DNA of 63,428 bases, filler included, from Rhabdomonas costata (taxonomy: Eukaryota): assembly GCA_019059605.1 (NCBI GenBank). It is 55 parts of 55 records of this genome, joined end to end, with 100 filler letters (N's around TTAATTAATTAA, not from the genome) between each part and the next. Parts side by side here need not be neighbours in the genome. Positions count along the whole stretch, not along the records: positions 39,275 to 40,329 come from JAHMHO010031108.1; positions 40,430 to 41,484 come from JAHMHO010031109.1; positions 41,585 to 42,639 come from JAHMHO010031110.1; positions 42,740 to 43,794 come from JAHMHO010031111.1; positions 43,895 to 44,949 come from JAHMHO010031112.1; positions 45,050 to 46,104 come from JAHMHO010031113.1; positions 46,205 to 47,259 come from JAHMHO010031114.1; positions 47,360 to 48,414 come from JAHMHO010031115.1; 47 more parts are not named here. One strand, given 5' to 3'. The position numbers and the translations under genes are program-made. Below the pieces are notes generated by a model. The model did no database searches and had not been told where the DNA came from. It worked only from the letters and a program-made list of their open reading frames with translations. This document shows, piece by piece, positions 39,644-50,981 of the stretch; position 1 is the stretch's first letter, and the number at the start of each line of letters is the position of its first letter.

Positions 39644-40081
39644 GTCTTCGAACTTGAGGAGGTGACGGAGCAGGAGGCCCTTCAGGGGATGCAGGAGCAG
39701 GCCAAGCAGCCCGCCCTCAACGGTCTCGCTCTGCTGGGGCTGCTGCGCCGCGGTGAAGGCGATGACAGCCACCTGGTGCAGACGCTCCTCCACGGCCCCA
39801 TCGACCCCAACATCTCGGAAGAGGCCGACGGGAGGACCCCTGTGATTGCTGCCATCGAGAAGGGGGCCGTGGGCGTGCTGGGCAACCTCTTGTCCAGGAC
39901 GGCCTTCCCCGCGAACCTCGGCCTGGCGGACAAGTCCGGCAAGACTCCCTTCCTGTACGCCATTGAGCTGGACCGCGGCGAGATGTTCCAGATGTTGGTG
40001 AGCAGAAGCCCTGACGTGAACTGCCGGGACAAAGATGGCCGCAGGCTGCTCTCGTACGCCCTTCAGAAGTGCGGGCCCAAG
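39644..40081 (+). CDS. Ankyrin-repeat protein, one exon
   Basis: DGRTPVIAAIEKG, SGKTPFLYAIE, DVNCRDKDGR; flanked by tag| and |gtttcc. Confidence 0.88.
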
Positions 40082-40544
40082 GTTTCCGCACGTTCTTTCT
40101 CCGGCACATGATCACAAAAAAGGACCCTCTGGCGAGAAAGCAATGCCTGGTTATTAGGCTCGCAGGGGACTGAGAGATTGTTCTCTTCACACTGGTCAGA
40201 ACGAAAAGCGAGGAGGCAGGGACAATGGAAACATAGCTTACGGCTGATCCTGTCCTGTGATGTCACCTTTTCCATGGTGTGAATGTATGATTTTTCCTCC
40301 CACCATACCCACCTGGCTTCCCCAAAACANNNNNNNNNNNNNNNNNNNNNNNNNNNNNNNNNNNNNNNNNNNNTTAATTAATTAANNNNNNNNNNNNNNN
40401 NNNNNNNNNNNNNNNNNNNNNNNNNNNNNGGTTTTTGTGCCGTTCAACGTGTCCTCTGTTTTGTCGTGATCTGCCTGCCTTTCCTTCCTTTTCAGTGTTT
40501 TTCTGGGCGAAGAATAGCACCTGATTGCTTGGTTGCGGGGACAG

Positions 40545-41476
40545 AGCTCAAGGGTGGAGTGTGCACCGCCGCCATGCTCTCCACGCTGTACCGCAGCGAG
40601 AACGTTTCCTGGCTAAAGCTGATGGAGTCCATGTGGCAGGTTTTTTTTACTCTGTTGAAGATGATGATGTTGAAGATGAACAGATGACCTGATGCACCCC
40701 CTAACAAGCGTGCAAGGTCTTTTGTGGCTGCACCATTGCTCGCGGTGGGTCGTTTCCAGAAGAAAACCAAATGTGATCTCTCGTGTCAGCCCCCCATGTC
40801 GCCGAGTGGGGCGATGAGGCATGCAACGCCTGTTGTACTTCACTCATTCAGCAGCAAACACTAATTTGCAGACGCGGAAGACAACGGAAGGAAGTTAAGA
40901 CAAAAAAGCTGAAATAGCGCCAAGGTAAGAAATGGCAAGGGGGAATGACAAACACAGGAAATCAACTTTTTTTTGAGCAGCACAATACGGGGGCAACTGG
41001 GCTGCCCGCGCAAATTGGAAGCCACACAATTGTTTTCACGATCCGTCAGTTGTATTCAAAAGGCAAAACGTATTCGGTAGTAGTACGCTCGTTTGGAATG
41101 CTGTGCAACACATTGGGGCAGGAACAATTGCGGCATACAGGTCGTTATTGCGAGTCCCTGTGACATATCATAATTACTCAACTCTCATGGCCTTGTGAAG
41201 TGATCTCCGGCGACACAACCAAAGAAAACGGTGTCACTCGAGCTGTACTTCGCTGTCCCTTGTCTCGTCGTCTCTTCTTCCACCGGTCGTCCTCGGTGAA
41301 ACTCGGTGGGGGTTCTGCAGGTGATGAAGAGCAAGAACACCGGGCAGATGCCCAAGCTGAGCAGCGGCAGCCCCCTGCATCTCAGCGAGCGGGTAACGCT
41401 GGGGGAGCACCCCGAGGGCGCCCGGAAGGCCCTCCTGGTGGCTGCGAACTACGTTGGCACCCCAGCAGAGCTGGCC
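40545..41476 (+). CDS. Metacaspase (peptidase C14), partial, p10 end directly followed by p20 start; exons 40545-40639, 41321-contig end
   Basis: GGVCTAAMLSTLY...SWLKLMESMWQ|VMKSKNTGQMPKLSS...GARKALLVAANYVGTPAEL. Confidence 0.78.
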
Positions 41477-42921
41477 CAAAAAACNNNNNNNNNNNNNNNN
41501 NNNNNNNNNNNNNNNNNNNNNNNNNNNNTTAATTAATTAANNNNNNNNNNNNNNNNNNNNNNNNNNNNNNNNNNNNNNNNNNNNTGTTGGTGTGCAAGAC
41601 TTTGAAGCGCATTTTACCATGACCAGTCAATTGCTCAAGACAATTTCAGGTGTTGGAGGTTCGTACAGAATCCCTCGTTCCCTGGAACCTCTGCCTCTCC
41701 ATACGGTTATTCCCTTTGGATACAGGTCTCTTTGGTGCACCCCTATTGACATTCCATCTTTCTATTGCCTGTCACAGCCTCAACGCATCTGCTCGCACAG
41801 GACCACGGTCTCCGGGTGATGCCCTCGCCCCCTCCCCAGGGGACCTGTAACCTAGCAGTGCCCCCCTTCTTGGTCTCGGCCTCCTCCCGATGCCATGCCG
41901 GAATGAATCGGCTGCCCACTGTGCCCATGTACAGGGAGCTGGGGATGAGCCTCCCATTGCTTCGGATGTTCCTGGGGTTCTCCTCCTCCGCAAGGGGTGC
42001 CTCCCCGCTCAAAATCCACAGAGTCCCCTCGGTGGGCATGGACAAGCCAGGTTCCACTTCTTGTTCTGGATTTCATTGGATAGAGGGAATGGAGCTTCAC
42101 TTCGTTCTTGCTCCCAAGAAACCAGTGGGTCAAGAACTGTGGCAATTTCTACTTATCTCGAGGGCTGCGCAATCTCCGGCTGACACTCAGTACTTAGCAA
42201 GTGTAGGTGTAGCTTTCTGTAGCTATCTGCGCAATGCGTATGATGCTATTCTTCTCTCTGCACGGCTTTGCAGAGGAGATGCATGGTCTCAGCCTTAACC
42301 GAAGTCAAAACCCGTCGGAGAGGCTTCTGCCTGCGCTGATGAAGCTGGGTATCGACCTGAACTTTCGGGCGGTCCATGAACCTTCAGGTCGGTGTGTGAT
42401 GTCTATTCTGCTTCACAGTGTAGCGGCATTGAGCCTGTCCTTTTCTTCCCCTCACTGCACTCGAAACCCCAGCTGACCGTGTTTTCGCGGTCACAAAAAC
42501 CGAACATTGTCCCTTCAGAAGAGCAGAAATCTCCCAAGCGGGTGGTGTGTATTTTGAGTGTTTTCCTCCCTTTGGGGCCGAAACCCCTCTTATAAAAAGC
42601 ATGCCATGGTCACAAGCGCACATCCTCACCCAAAAACAANNNNNNNNNNNNNNNNNNNNNNNNNNNNNNNNNNNNNNNNNNNNTTAATTAATTAANNNNN
42701 NNNNNNNNNNNNNNNNNNNNNNNNNNNNNNNNNNNNNNNGTTTTGGTGTCGGCCCAACTCAGCCAAAGCACCAACAACGCAGCTGTGGTGGTGGGACCGA
42801 TTTCAGTTGGGTGCACGACAACAGCTTCACGTCTGGACATCACAGCCCCAAACAGGCACCAAAGGGGCATAGCTCATCATAGCTCATCGAGGAGTATATG
42901 ACAGCAGTGAACGACAAAGCC

Positions 42922-43772
42922 CTACTCGGGCCCGGGCCCGGTTGTCTGGGTGTCCAGCGTCAAAGCAGGTATCACAGCACGCCCAGCTTTTTGCCATGTC
43001 AGCAGATACACGTGCACTGTGGAGCGGACCACCACATCACCCACATCCTTCTCGAACATCGGCTGTGGCATGACTGCGGAGCCCACCTGTGTGGACATGC
43101 GGATTGGTCAAAGGCAGCCTGAATCAGACTCAGATGAAATGGTCAAGGAGATTCCTCTGTCATCGGATCGTGGTACATAAAAGGGATCAGAGACACGCAG
43201 TAATCCAGCCATCATACGAAGACAAAACGGGCATTTGGCTTTATCACAGATTACCTTGTGCGCGACAAACCTTGCCTTTCCACTTACACTTTTTTCTTGA
43301 GACTAAACAGCGGAATCATGAGAAGTCGCTGCTCCTATGTCATAGGCGCAAGCCAAAATGGATTTAGGAATCTGAGTGACGGGTTTCAGCAATCACTTCA
43401 GATTCAGTTATTATTCCACTGGTTAGTTTTTATGTGTTAGTTATGCTTGGGTACTTGAGGCAAACACTGTTCGCCAGAGCGTAATTATGGAAAACAAACC
43501 TCCAGTTTTAGGCGTTCCACATCCTTCGGCAGAGCACGTCTCTTTCAAAACACACATACATCTCACCTTGGTGACAGCGAAGCCAAACTCCTGCTCTGCG
43601 AGGAGAAAGAAGTTCAGGTCCTCCGCAACCTTGTGCACCCGATGGTGGGAGAAAGCAACGTAGGCCACCCCAGACGGGTCCAAGGTCTGGCTGCAGGAGC
43701 GCAGCAAGTCCCGGTGGGAGACATGGTTGAAGATGAGATCGCTAAGGATCAGACAGTCGAAGAGCTGCCCCC
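42922..43772 (-). CDS. EFM7: EFM7/NNT1-like protein methyltransferase (Methyltransf_16), C-terminal exons 43772-43567, 43086-42922
   Basis: FDCLILSDLIFNHVSHRDLL...VAFSHHR...DLNFF...GF..TK|...PMFEKDVGDVVVRSTVHVYLLTW...stop. Confidence 0.85.
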
Positions 43773-44499
43773 CTGCACAGCGGAAAACACCACANNNNNN
43801 NNNNNNNNNNNNNNNNNNNNNNNNNNNNNNNNNNNNNNTTAATTAATTAANNNNNNNNNNNNNNNNNNNNNNNNNNNNNNNNNNNNNNNNNNNNGTGTGG
43901 GTGTCTCCCCCTGTCATCTATGACAGTAAAAACAAATTCATACATTCACAAACATGCCGGAATGCCTAGCGCTAGCACAGCAATATCTTTGTTTTTACTG
44001 TCATAGATGACAGGGGGAGACACACATACACATGCACATACACATACACATACACAAATTTGCGCTTTCGGGTCTGTTTTGCCCCCACCCCGACATTCCC
44101 TTTTGTATGGCGGCACTATTCACGCCGCCATTGCTAATAATTGCAAATGCTACTCATAAACAGCGAAGACTACTCACAGGGCTGAATGGGGAGCACAGGA
44201 GGCGAACCAGACCAAGCCCAGTTCGATTGGAACTCTTCTCGAAATGGGCTCTGCTCGACCCTTCCGCATCCGAGGCCACCACGTTCTGTTGCGGGTAACG
44301 ACCACCCCTTCGTCTGCTGCAGGCGGAAGTTCTCAGGAAACATGACTGGTGTAATAGAACAACGGCGGTTAGAACCGCGCCGAACGCCCAGGCAGCAGCC
44401 TCTCGAAGTTGGCGCCACCAGAAGCTACTCGCGCTTCTATTTCTCGAACACAAACACACATTCAAAAAAACACGCACAAACCGAGGGCGTACACCAAAG

Positions 44500-44945
44500 C
44501 GCCGATCAGGGTGTGGTAGTCGTACGACGGACAGGTCCAACTTCCCCCAGTGATGACCAGGCGGCTCCGGAACTCCACCGCGATCGACTCCGAAGTGGGT
44601 CCCGGCAAAGAGGACTGGACCTTCCAGTTCACCCCATCGGTTGAGGCCCACGCATCAGAGAGCCCCCCACTGTCTGCGCCGTGGCCCCCAAGCAGCCACA
44701 GCATACCCCGGAAGGCCACAAGGGAATGGAAGCCCCGCCCAGAGAAGGGCGGCGAGGAGGTCACCAGACTCCAGGTCGCCCCATCCTGGGTGCGCCAGAC
44801 CTGTGAGAGGGCGGGTCAGCCCGAACCCATGTATGACGATTCCCTCAGCATACCTATAGTAAAGCAAAATTAGAGCTGAGGCGGACAGCCCGGGAAGTTG
44901 CAGTCTGCCCCCGGCAATGAGCCACATCCAGCCGCTGAACACCAC
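44500..44945 (-). CDS. Kelch-like beta-propeller with W-x-(S/T)-x-DG-x-x-W blades, partial
   Basis: VWRTQDGATWSLVTSSPPFSGRGFHSLVAFRGMLWLLGG...DAWASTDGVNW; upstream VVFSGWMWLIAG is in another frame, splice not resolved. Confidence 0.75.
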
Positions 44946-45711
44946 CACCNNNNNNNNNNNNNNNNNNNNNNNNNNNNNNNNNNNNNNNNNNNNTTAATTA
45001 ATTAANNNNNNNNNNNNNNNNNNNNNNNNNNNNNNNNNNNNNNNNNNNNTGTTTGCTGGTCCACGGTGCAAGGATGCGGTCCTTTTTGAAGGTGTTTTTG
45101 CAAAGGGAGTCGGAGGATGCACAAATGCATACTTGGGCTTGTGAAGCGTTTGGTGGAGCGGATATTCTCTCGTTTGCATCTTGGCATATGCTTTGTTGTT
45201 GGTCGGTAGGTCACCGTAAATTGGGACAGCACCGCTAAGGTGTGGGACATCCGAAAAGGGGACAGAGCGCGCCACTTTTCGCGGTCACACCGCTGGATTG
45301 CAGTGCTGTGCAGTGAGTGGGGATGTTTGTGCAAGTGGGGACCAGTCCGGCTCACTTCGGACATGGCCGTTGCCCCCGTGACTTGTTCGCAGGGGTGGGT
45401 GCCATCGTGTTTTCGCTCACTATCGGTTGTGGCCAAGAGGAGGAGATGGTTTCATTCATCTTTTTGGTGATGTTTTGCACTTCGTCAGTTTCTCGGGACC
45501 TTTTTCTGAAAAATTCGAAAGTTATGAGTTTTCGTTTTCCAAAAGAAATTCTTCTGGTGTCCATTGTGAGGTTGACTCAGCAGACGTTTTAGTTTCTTTC
45601 GGATTTTGTAATTCAGATGAACGAGTCGGTTGGGGGTTAAGGAGATGAGTTAAGTGCTGCCTAAGATGCTGTTTCTAGATATTTCTTTCTGGCCGTGACA
45701 AAAAAACAAAG

Positions 45712-46070
45712 CCTGTGCAGCCCCGCCGGCGTATGTCTGGGGCATGACCCCAGCCCAAGGGGCGGTGGTGAAGAAGACGGTGCAGTTCGTGATCGATGAT
45801 GCCTCGGGGACCGCCCACAACCTCTACCTGAACTTCAATGGGGGCTCACACAACTGCTACGGGGACATCAACCAGAAGTTCCCGGCGGGCTGTGAGCAGT
45901 GCATCAACGCCGAGGTCTGCCCGGCAGGAAAAAACGCCTGGGCTTGCAAGCTCAGCTACACCTCTCCTAACCCGCTCACCGTGGAGCTGGAGCAGACCTA
46001 TGGAGTGTGCCACAGCGACTTCTCGGTTGCGATGGATGCCCTCCCGTCGCAGACCTGCAATCACGCGCAG
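45712..46070 (+). CDS. Cysteine-rich protein exon, unknown
   Basis: Open frame of about 119 codons, strong GC3 bias, several Cys, ends cag|gtctgc. Confidence 0.6.
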
Positions 46071-46251
46071 GTCTGCAACCAACCCCTCCATGCACCCCAA
46101 CCCCNNNNNNNNNNNNNNNNNNNNNNNNNNNNNNNNNNNNNNNNNNNNTTAATTAATTAANNNNNNNNNNNNNNNNNNNNNNNNNNNNNNNNNNNNNNNN
46201 NNNNGTTTGTTTTGAAATGAAGCACCCACTCACCCCCTTGCTTTTTCTTAG

Positions 46252-46877
46252 CTCGAGGTTATCACGGCGGATGGCAAGCACGCCAGCCCGGCGGCTTTGG
46301 AGAAGGCCATGGAGAACATCATCAGCGATTTCAAGAGTGCCCCGCAGACCGAGATCTGCGCTCTGTCGGGGGAAGACCGTGACTGGTTCCCGCCCTTCTC
46401 TATCCCTCCTGACTCCTGGGTGTTACCCATGGTGGACGTTGTTTTTACTATAATTTTTACCACGAATGCTCTGCCGTTTCATGGGCATGCGAGCAGCAAG
46501 CCAATTTCACCATATCTCCTTTTCTTTTGTTTACCAGGTGGGCCTCCCAGAGGCGGCAGGTGGAGGAGTCCAGCCCCGTCAACGCTGCCTCTCTGAAGGA
46601 CATCGACTCCGCCCTGTTCGTTATCTGCCTGGACGTGTGTGTGTGCGTGTGTGCGGGGGGTTCTCGCTGCTCGCTGCTTATCGTTGAAGAAAGCTTGAGG
46701 TAGACTCTTTACTTCCTACTCTGTTCCTGTTTCCGGGTTGCTTCTGGTTTGCAGTCCGCGGAGCCCAAGACCCACGACGAATGGGTGAACGTAGGCCTGC
46801 TGGCCACCGCGAACCGGTGGTACGACAAGTCCGAGATTATTGTCTGCAAGAACGGACTGATGGGGATCCTCTTCGAG
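46252..46877 (+). CDS. Carnitine/choline O-acyltransferase, partial; exons 46252-46385, 46538-46634, 46755-46877
   Basis: ICALSGEDRDW|WA...NAASLKDIDSALFVICLD|...NRWYDKS.IIVCKNG.MGILFE| just before the catalytic His. Confidence 0.93.
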
Positions 46878-48514
46878 GTATGTGATCCTCGTGTGTTTTT
46901 GTGACGGGTGTTCCTTTGTTTTTTATGTTTGATTTTTTCGTTTTGCCGCTTCCGTTTTGGAAGACCCATTTCCCTTTTTGTTTCGCTATACGTTCTGCTC
47001 AGCATTCCCACTCTGATGGAATGACCTGGATCAGGTGTGCCGGCGCTCGAGGAGTGTGAGAACGTGTTGATCGGGGGTCTTCAAATCACAACTTAAAGAT
47101 TCGTCCTGCGCTCTGCGATGAATTCCAGCGGCGTGGTTGCCCTTTTTGCGTTTTCATGTACTTGGAAGGGCCTGCGAACTGGGACTTTCGCGTGCCAAGC
47201 TTTCGGTCGGACTGCTTAACTTATCAAGTGTAACCCAGGCTGCTCTGGTTCGTGCTTTTNNNNNNNNNNNNNNNNNNNNNNNNNNNNNNNNNNNNNNNNN
47301 NNNTTAATTAATTAANNNNNNNNNNNNNNNNNNNNNNNNNNNNNNNNNNNNNNNNNNNNGTTTTTTGTGTTCTCAGAAGCTGTGCACGTGCAGACCGTGA
47401 TCAAAGACGATTCTTCCCTTCCCCACCGGGACGTTATTTTTGCGTTGTTCGTTGCCGCTTTGGTCGATAAAGTAGCCATTGTTTGATGTGGGAGTCGCAT
47501 ATGACTTTTCATCAGTACAGGCACACCACCCTTCAAAAAGAGAGAGCTCAACGAATGTGGCCGTTACCGTTACTTCATCGTTTGCAGTCAGTCTTCTGTT
47601 GATAGAAGGCTGTCCACCATTTCTGGGACTGGGCCTGGAGTTCTGGATGCGGAAAATCGGCGCACAGACGGGCGGCAGCCTTGCACACCCTTGTTGACGC
47701 AAAGATAGGGGCTGCCGGTAATGCCCGATCTGGCCTGGGTGCCCTATCTCTGGTGCGTATGCGACGGCCATGGGCACAGAAGTGGCTTTCGGACAAATCA
47801 AATGCCAGTGCAGCTCGGCGCTTTATGGGCGGATGCCCGGCACCTTGAAGCCCACTTTCGAAATGGGCGTTCTTGGAGGTAACGCCCGGATAACTTTAAT
47901 TTTTAATACACTACGGGATATCTTTTCTATTTTTAATATTCTAGCTATCCCCGTTCGTCGGCCCCTATTTCGTCTTCTGCAAAAAAGTGTTTTTCACACC
48001 AAACACGAAGCAGCCATGGACCAGCTGATGCTTACAACCGACTGGGGGGTGCGGAACGGTAGATTTCATCCGGCGGACGTCCGGACGTTTCCGTCAATCA
48101 CTGGCTGCGCGCTGGACTTGCTGCGGCCGTAAAGGCACGGCGGTGGGATATGGGGACATCGGCAAATGAACGACACGCCGGATTTAGGGAGGTGACAAAA
48201 AGAAAGAATTCCCAAACCCCTAAGTTACATAAAGAAGATTTCAACACATACACCCACACCCACCTAATTAGAAAGCCGAAGCACAAAAAATACCAAATTC
48301 CCCTTTGTTCCCTTTTAGCATCGGGATCAGGAAAAGACGAAAAAGGAAACAACAGAAGGCTCTGCACCACAACGGTTCACAGGGGTCGGGCACAACTAGG
48401 CGCAACACACAACCNNNNNNNNNNNNNNNNNNNNNNNNNNNNNNNNNNNNNNNNNNNNTTAATTAATTAANNNNNNNNNNNNNNNNNNNNNNNNNNNNNN
48501 NNNNNNNNNNNNNN

Positions 48515-49373
48515 CCTGGCAGCGGCCTGGCAGGGCCTGGAGGACTGCGGGTTTGCGTTGGGCAAGGCCATCCTTCGCGGGGCGGTGCCCACCCCTTTGG
48601 AGGTCTCTCAAGTGGTCACCCTGGCCCAAGACGCGCAGAGGCTTCGCGGGCAGGTCCAGGCCTTCTACCAAGAGGCGTTGGCCTCTCTCGGAGCACTCCG
48701 CGGGCTTGCTCATCCGCCTAGGTGCCACCCTCCCACCACCCACCTTGGAGCTACCGTGTTACCCCCTTCCCTACCCCCGCACCTGGGGGGAAGGAGCCTT
48801 CGAAGTGGACTGTGTGAGAGTGCTTGTGCCACTGATAATCAGGATAGCTATTTTCACCTCCAACCTTCTTTGTGCACCCCCAGATGCTGCTCTTTTTTGA
48901 AGGGTGGATTTTGTGCATTTGAGGTGGGGGAGGCTAACTTCGTCTCTCAGAAGCTACCGTTGAGTACAGCTGTGGTGGTCATGGGCGTCATGGCAACCTT
49001 CGACGGACCCCTTCCCCCAACCCTTGTCCGATTCCGTCCCTCAGTTCTGAGTGGAAGGGAAGGACGTGGCAGGGACAATTACGCAATTACGAGCTTATCG
49101 GCCGTCCTTAGGAATACAATGAAGCCAAGGCATTGTGCGGATACGGTTCTTTCCGGCTTACAATGCACCCCTTTCCCAAAAGTGAACGTTGAGCAGGCAG
49201 CGCGTGCTGCATCCTCTGTGTGTGGGGGGGTATGCTTCGAGGCCTGCAGTGTTGTGTGTGTGGCCCAGTTTTTTTTCACTGCGTTCAGCCCTGAGGACGC
49301 TGAGAAGGCAGAGCGGAAGGCCAAGGACAAGGCGTTGGCTATCCTGGACAGAATCGGCCGTGTTCAAGCAGGG
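48515..49373 (+). CDS. Unknown helical protein, two probable exons (~48515-48721, ~49289-49371)
   Basis: LGKAILRG...QVVTLAQDAQRLRGQVQAFYQEAL and PEDAEKAERKAKDKALAILDRIGRVQ, each followed by GT. Confidence 0.4.
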
Positions 49374-50838
49374 TAGGTCGACCCTCTCCATGGTGCAGTC
49401 ATGTGCTGAGTCAGGCTTAATTGGTTCAGCAGTTCAAAATTGATTCCCAAGTGCTGCACCACACCAGCCGGAATCACGCCAGAACAAGCATTTTATTAGC
49501 AGTTCGGCACACAGATGCACACTATTGCTCCCAAATTGGTTTCCACGCACGCCCCTACACACGTGTGTTNNNNNNNNNNNNNNNNNNNNNNNNNNNNNNN
49601 NNNNNNNNNNNNNTTAATTAATTAANNNNNNNNNNNNNNNNNNNNNNNNNNNNNNNNNNNNNNNNNNNNTGTTGTGGGGGGCGCCGAGCCCGACATGTCG
49701 GTACAGCTCTTCTGTGGGTGAACGAAACCGTGCTTATGCCGGTGGAGTGTATGACGTTGGATGAGTGAGTGAAGGCACCTTAGGGTGGTGAAACAAGCCA
49801 TCGTAACGTTGTTGGGTGACCGAGGCGAAAGCCGAAGGGACAACAGGAGAGGAGAAGAAGTGATAGTCGTCACTCGCTCCACCGCTCCACCGCTTCACGG
49901 CCACGCTCGTTCCTCCAGTTGATGTGTCGGTCGATGCTGCGCATCTCCCTCGGACCTCACAATCGTCACACTCACTGAGTTTGTGTTCCTCATGTTCCTC
50001 TTCAACACTCTGTCGGTCGCATTCGCTGCGCTCATGTTCCCTCCTCATCATGTCGTCACATTCACTTCGTTCGTGTTCCTCCTGTTCCTCTCCAACAGTT
50101 GCCCGGTTCACATTCGTCCTTTCGCGACACTCAATGTCCTCATGTTCTCAAAATGTTGCTAGGTCGTCATTCACAATCGCTACGCTCATGCTCATGTTCC
50201 TAGGGGTTGGGGGGCCCCTCGCAGTGGAAGAAGACATGATGATGCGTTCACATCACTCCTCCAAAATGCGTGGGTCACTCGCTCCCCACCATAGGGTGGG
50301 TGGTACGCTCGTTCCCATCACCTACTACGCATGCTCGGGTACCTCGCATGCTTCGTTGATGAAGAAGATGCTGAGATACTACTATGGCATGCGCCACTCC
50401 GTGACTGCATATGCGCCATAGACACGTACACTGAGTTGGGTGTAAAGGGTGAACACTGGTACGAATACTGTCGGGCACCGGCATCGACTCGAAACCATAC
50501 TCACGGTCAGCCACGCTGGTCTCAGCTGTGAGAGTGAAGACAACTCATTGGCCCTCATAGAACTACCACCTCCACAATGCCACTAGACACATACCCTCAG
50601 GAGGGCTTACAGAGGGCTGATCCACCCTAGCAACCCCTCATAGCGGCATCGACAAAACATCCAAACATGGGGCTAAATCGTGTCGCTACACCGTTGCCTC
50701 TGTGGGACATCATGCCAAACCCCCNNNNNNNNNNNNNNNNNNNNNNNNNNNNNNNNNNNNNNNNNNNNTTAATTAATTAANNNNNNNNNNNNNNNNNNNN
50801 NNNNNNNNNNNNNNNNNNNNNNNNTGTGTGTGGGGCAG

Positions 50839-50981
50839 GGCACGAGGCCCAGCAGGTGGTTACAGGCTCGGCTGATCACACGGTTCGGGTGTGGGAGTGG
50901 GCCACCGGCCGGGAGATCGCCCGCCTCAAGGGCCACCGCGACGCGGTCACCTCGGTGCAAGTCAGCCCCGACGGCCGCAAA
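50839..50981 (+). CDS. WD40-repeat protein exon
   Basis: VVTGSADHTVRVWEWATGREIARLKGHRDAVTSVQVSPDGRK|gtatgg. Confidence 0.92.

Noticed and set aside
44800-44860. In-frame TGA upstream of the propeller exon as evidence of stop-codon reassignment
   Set aside because: ctcacag|gtc is a plausible acceptor that removes the TGA, and TGA, TAA and TAG all end genes normally here (6639, 22703, 42922).
47575-47800. NKGVQGCRPS on the minus strand as an RT GxxQG motif
   Set aside because: No other RT motifs nearby and the frame contains stops.
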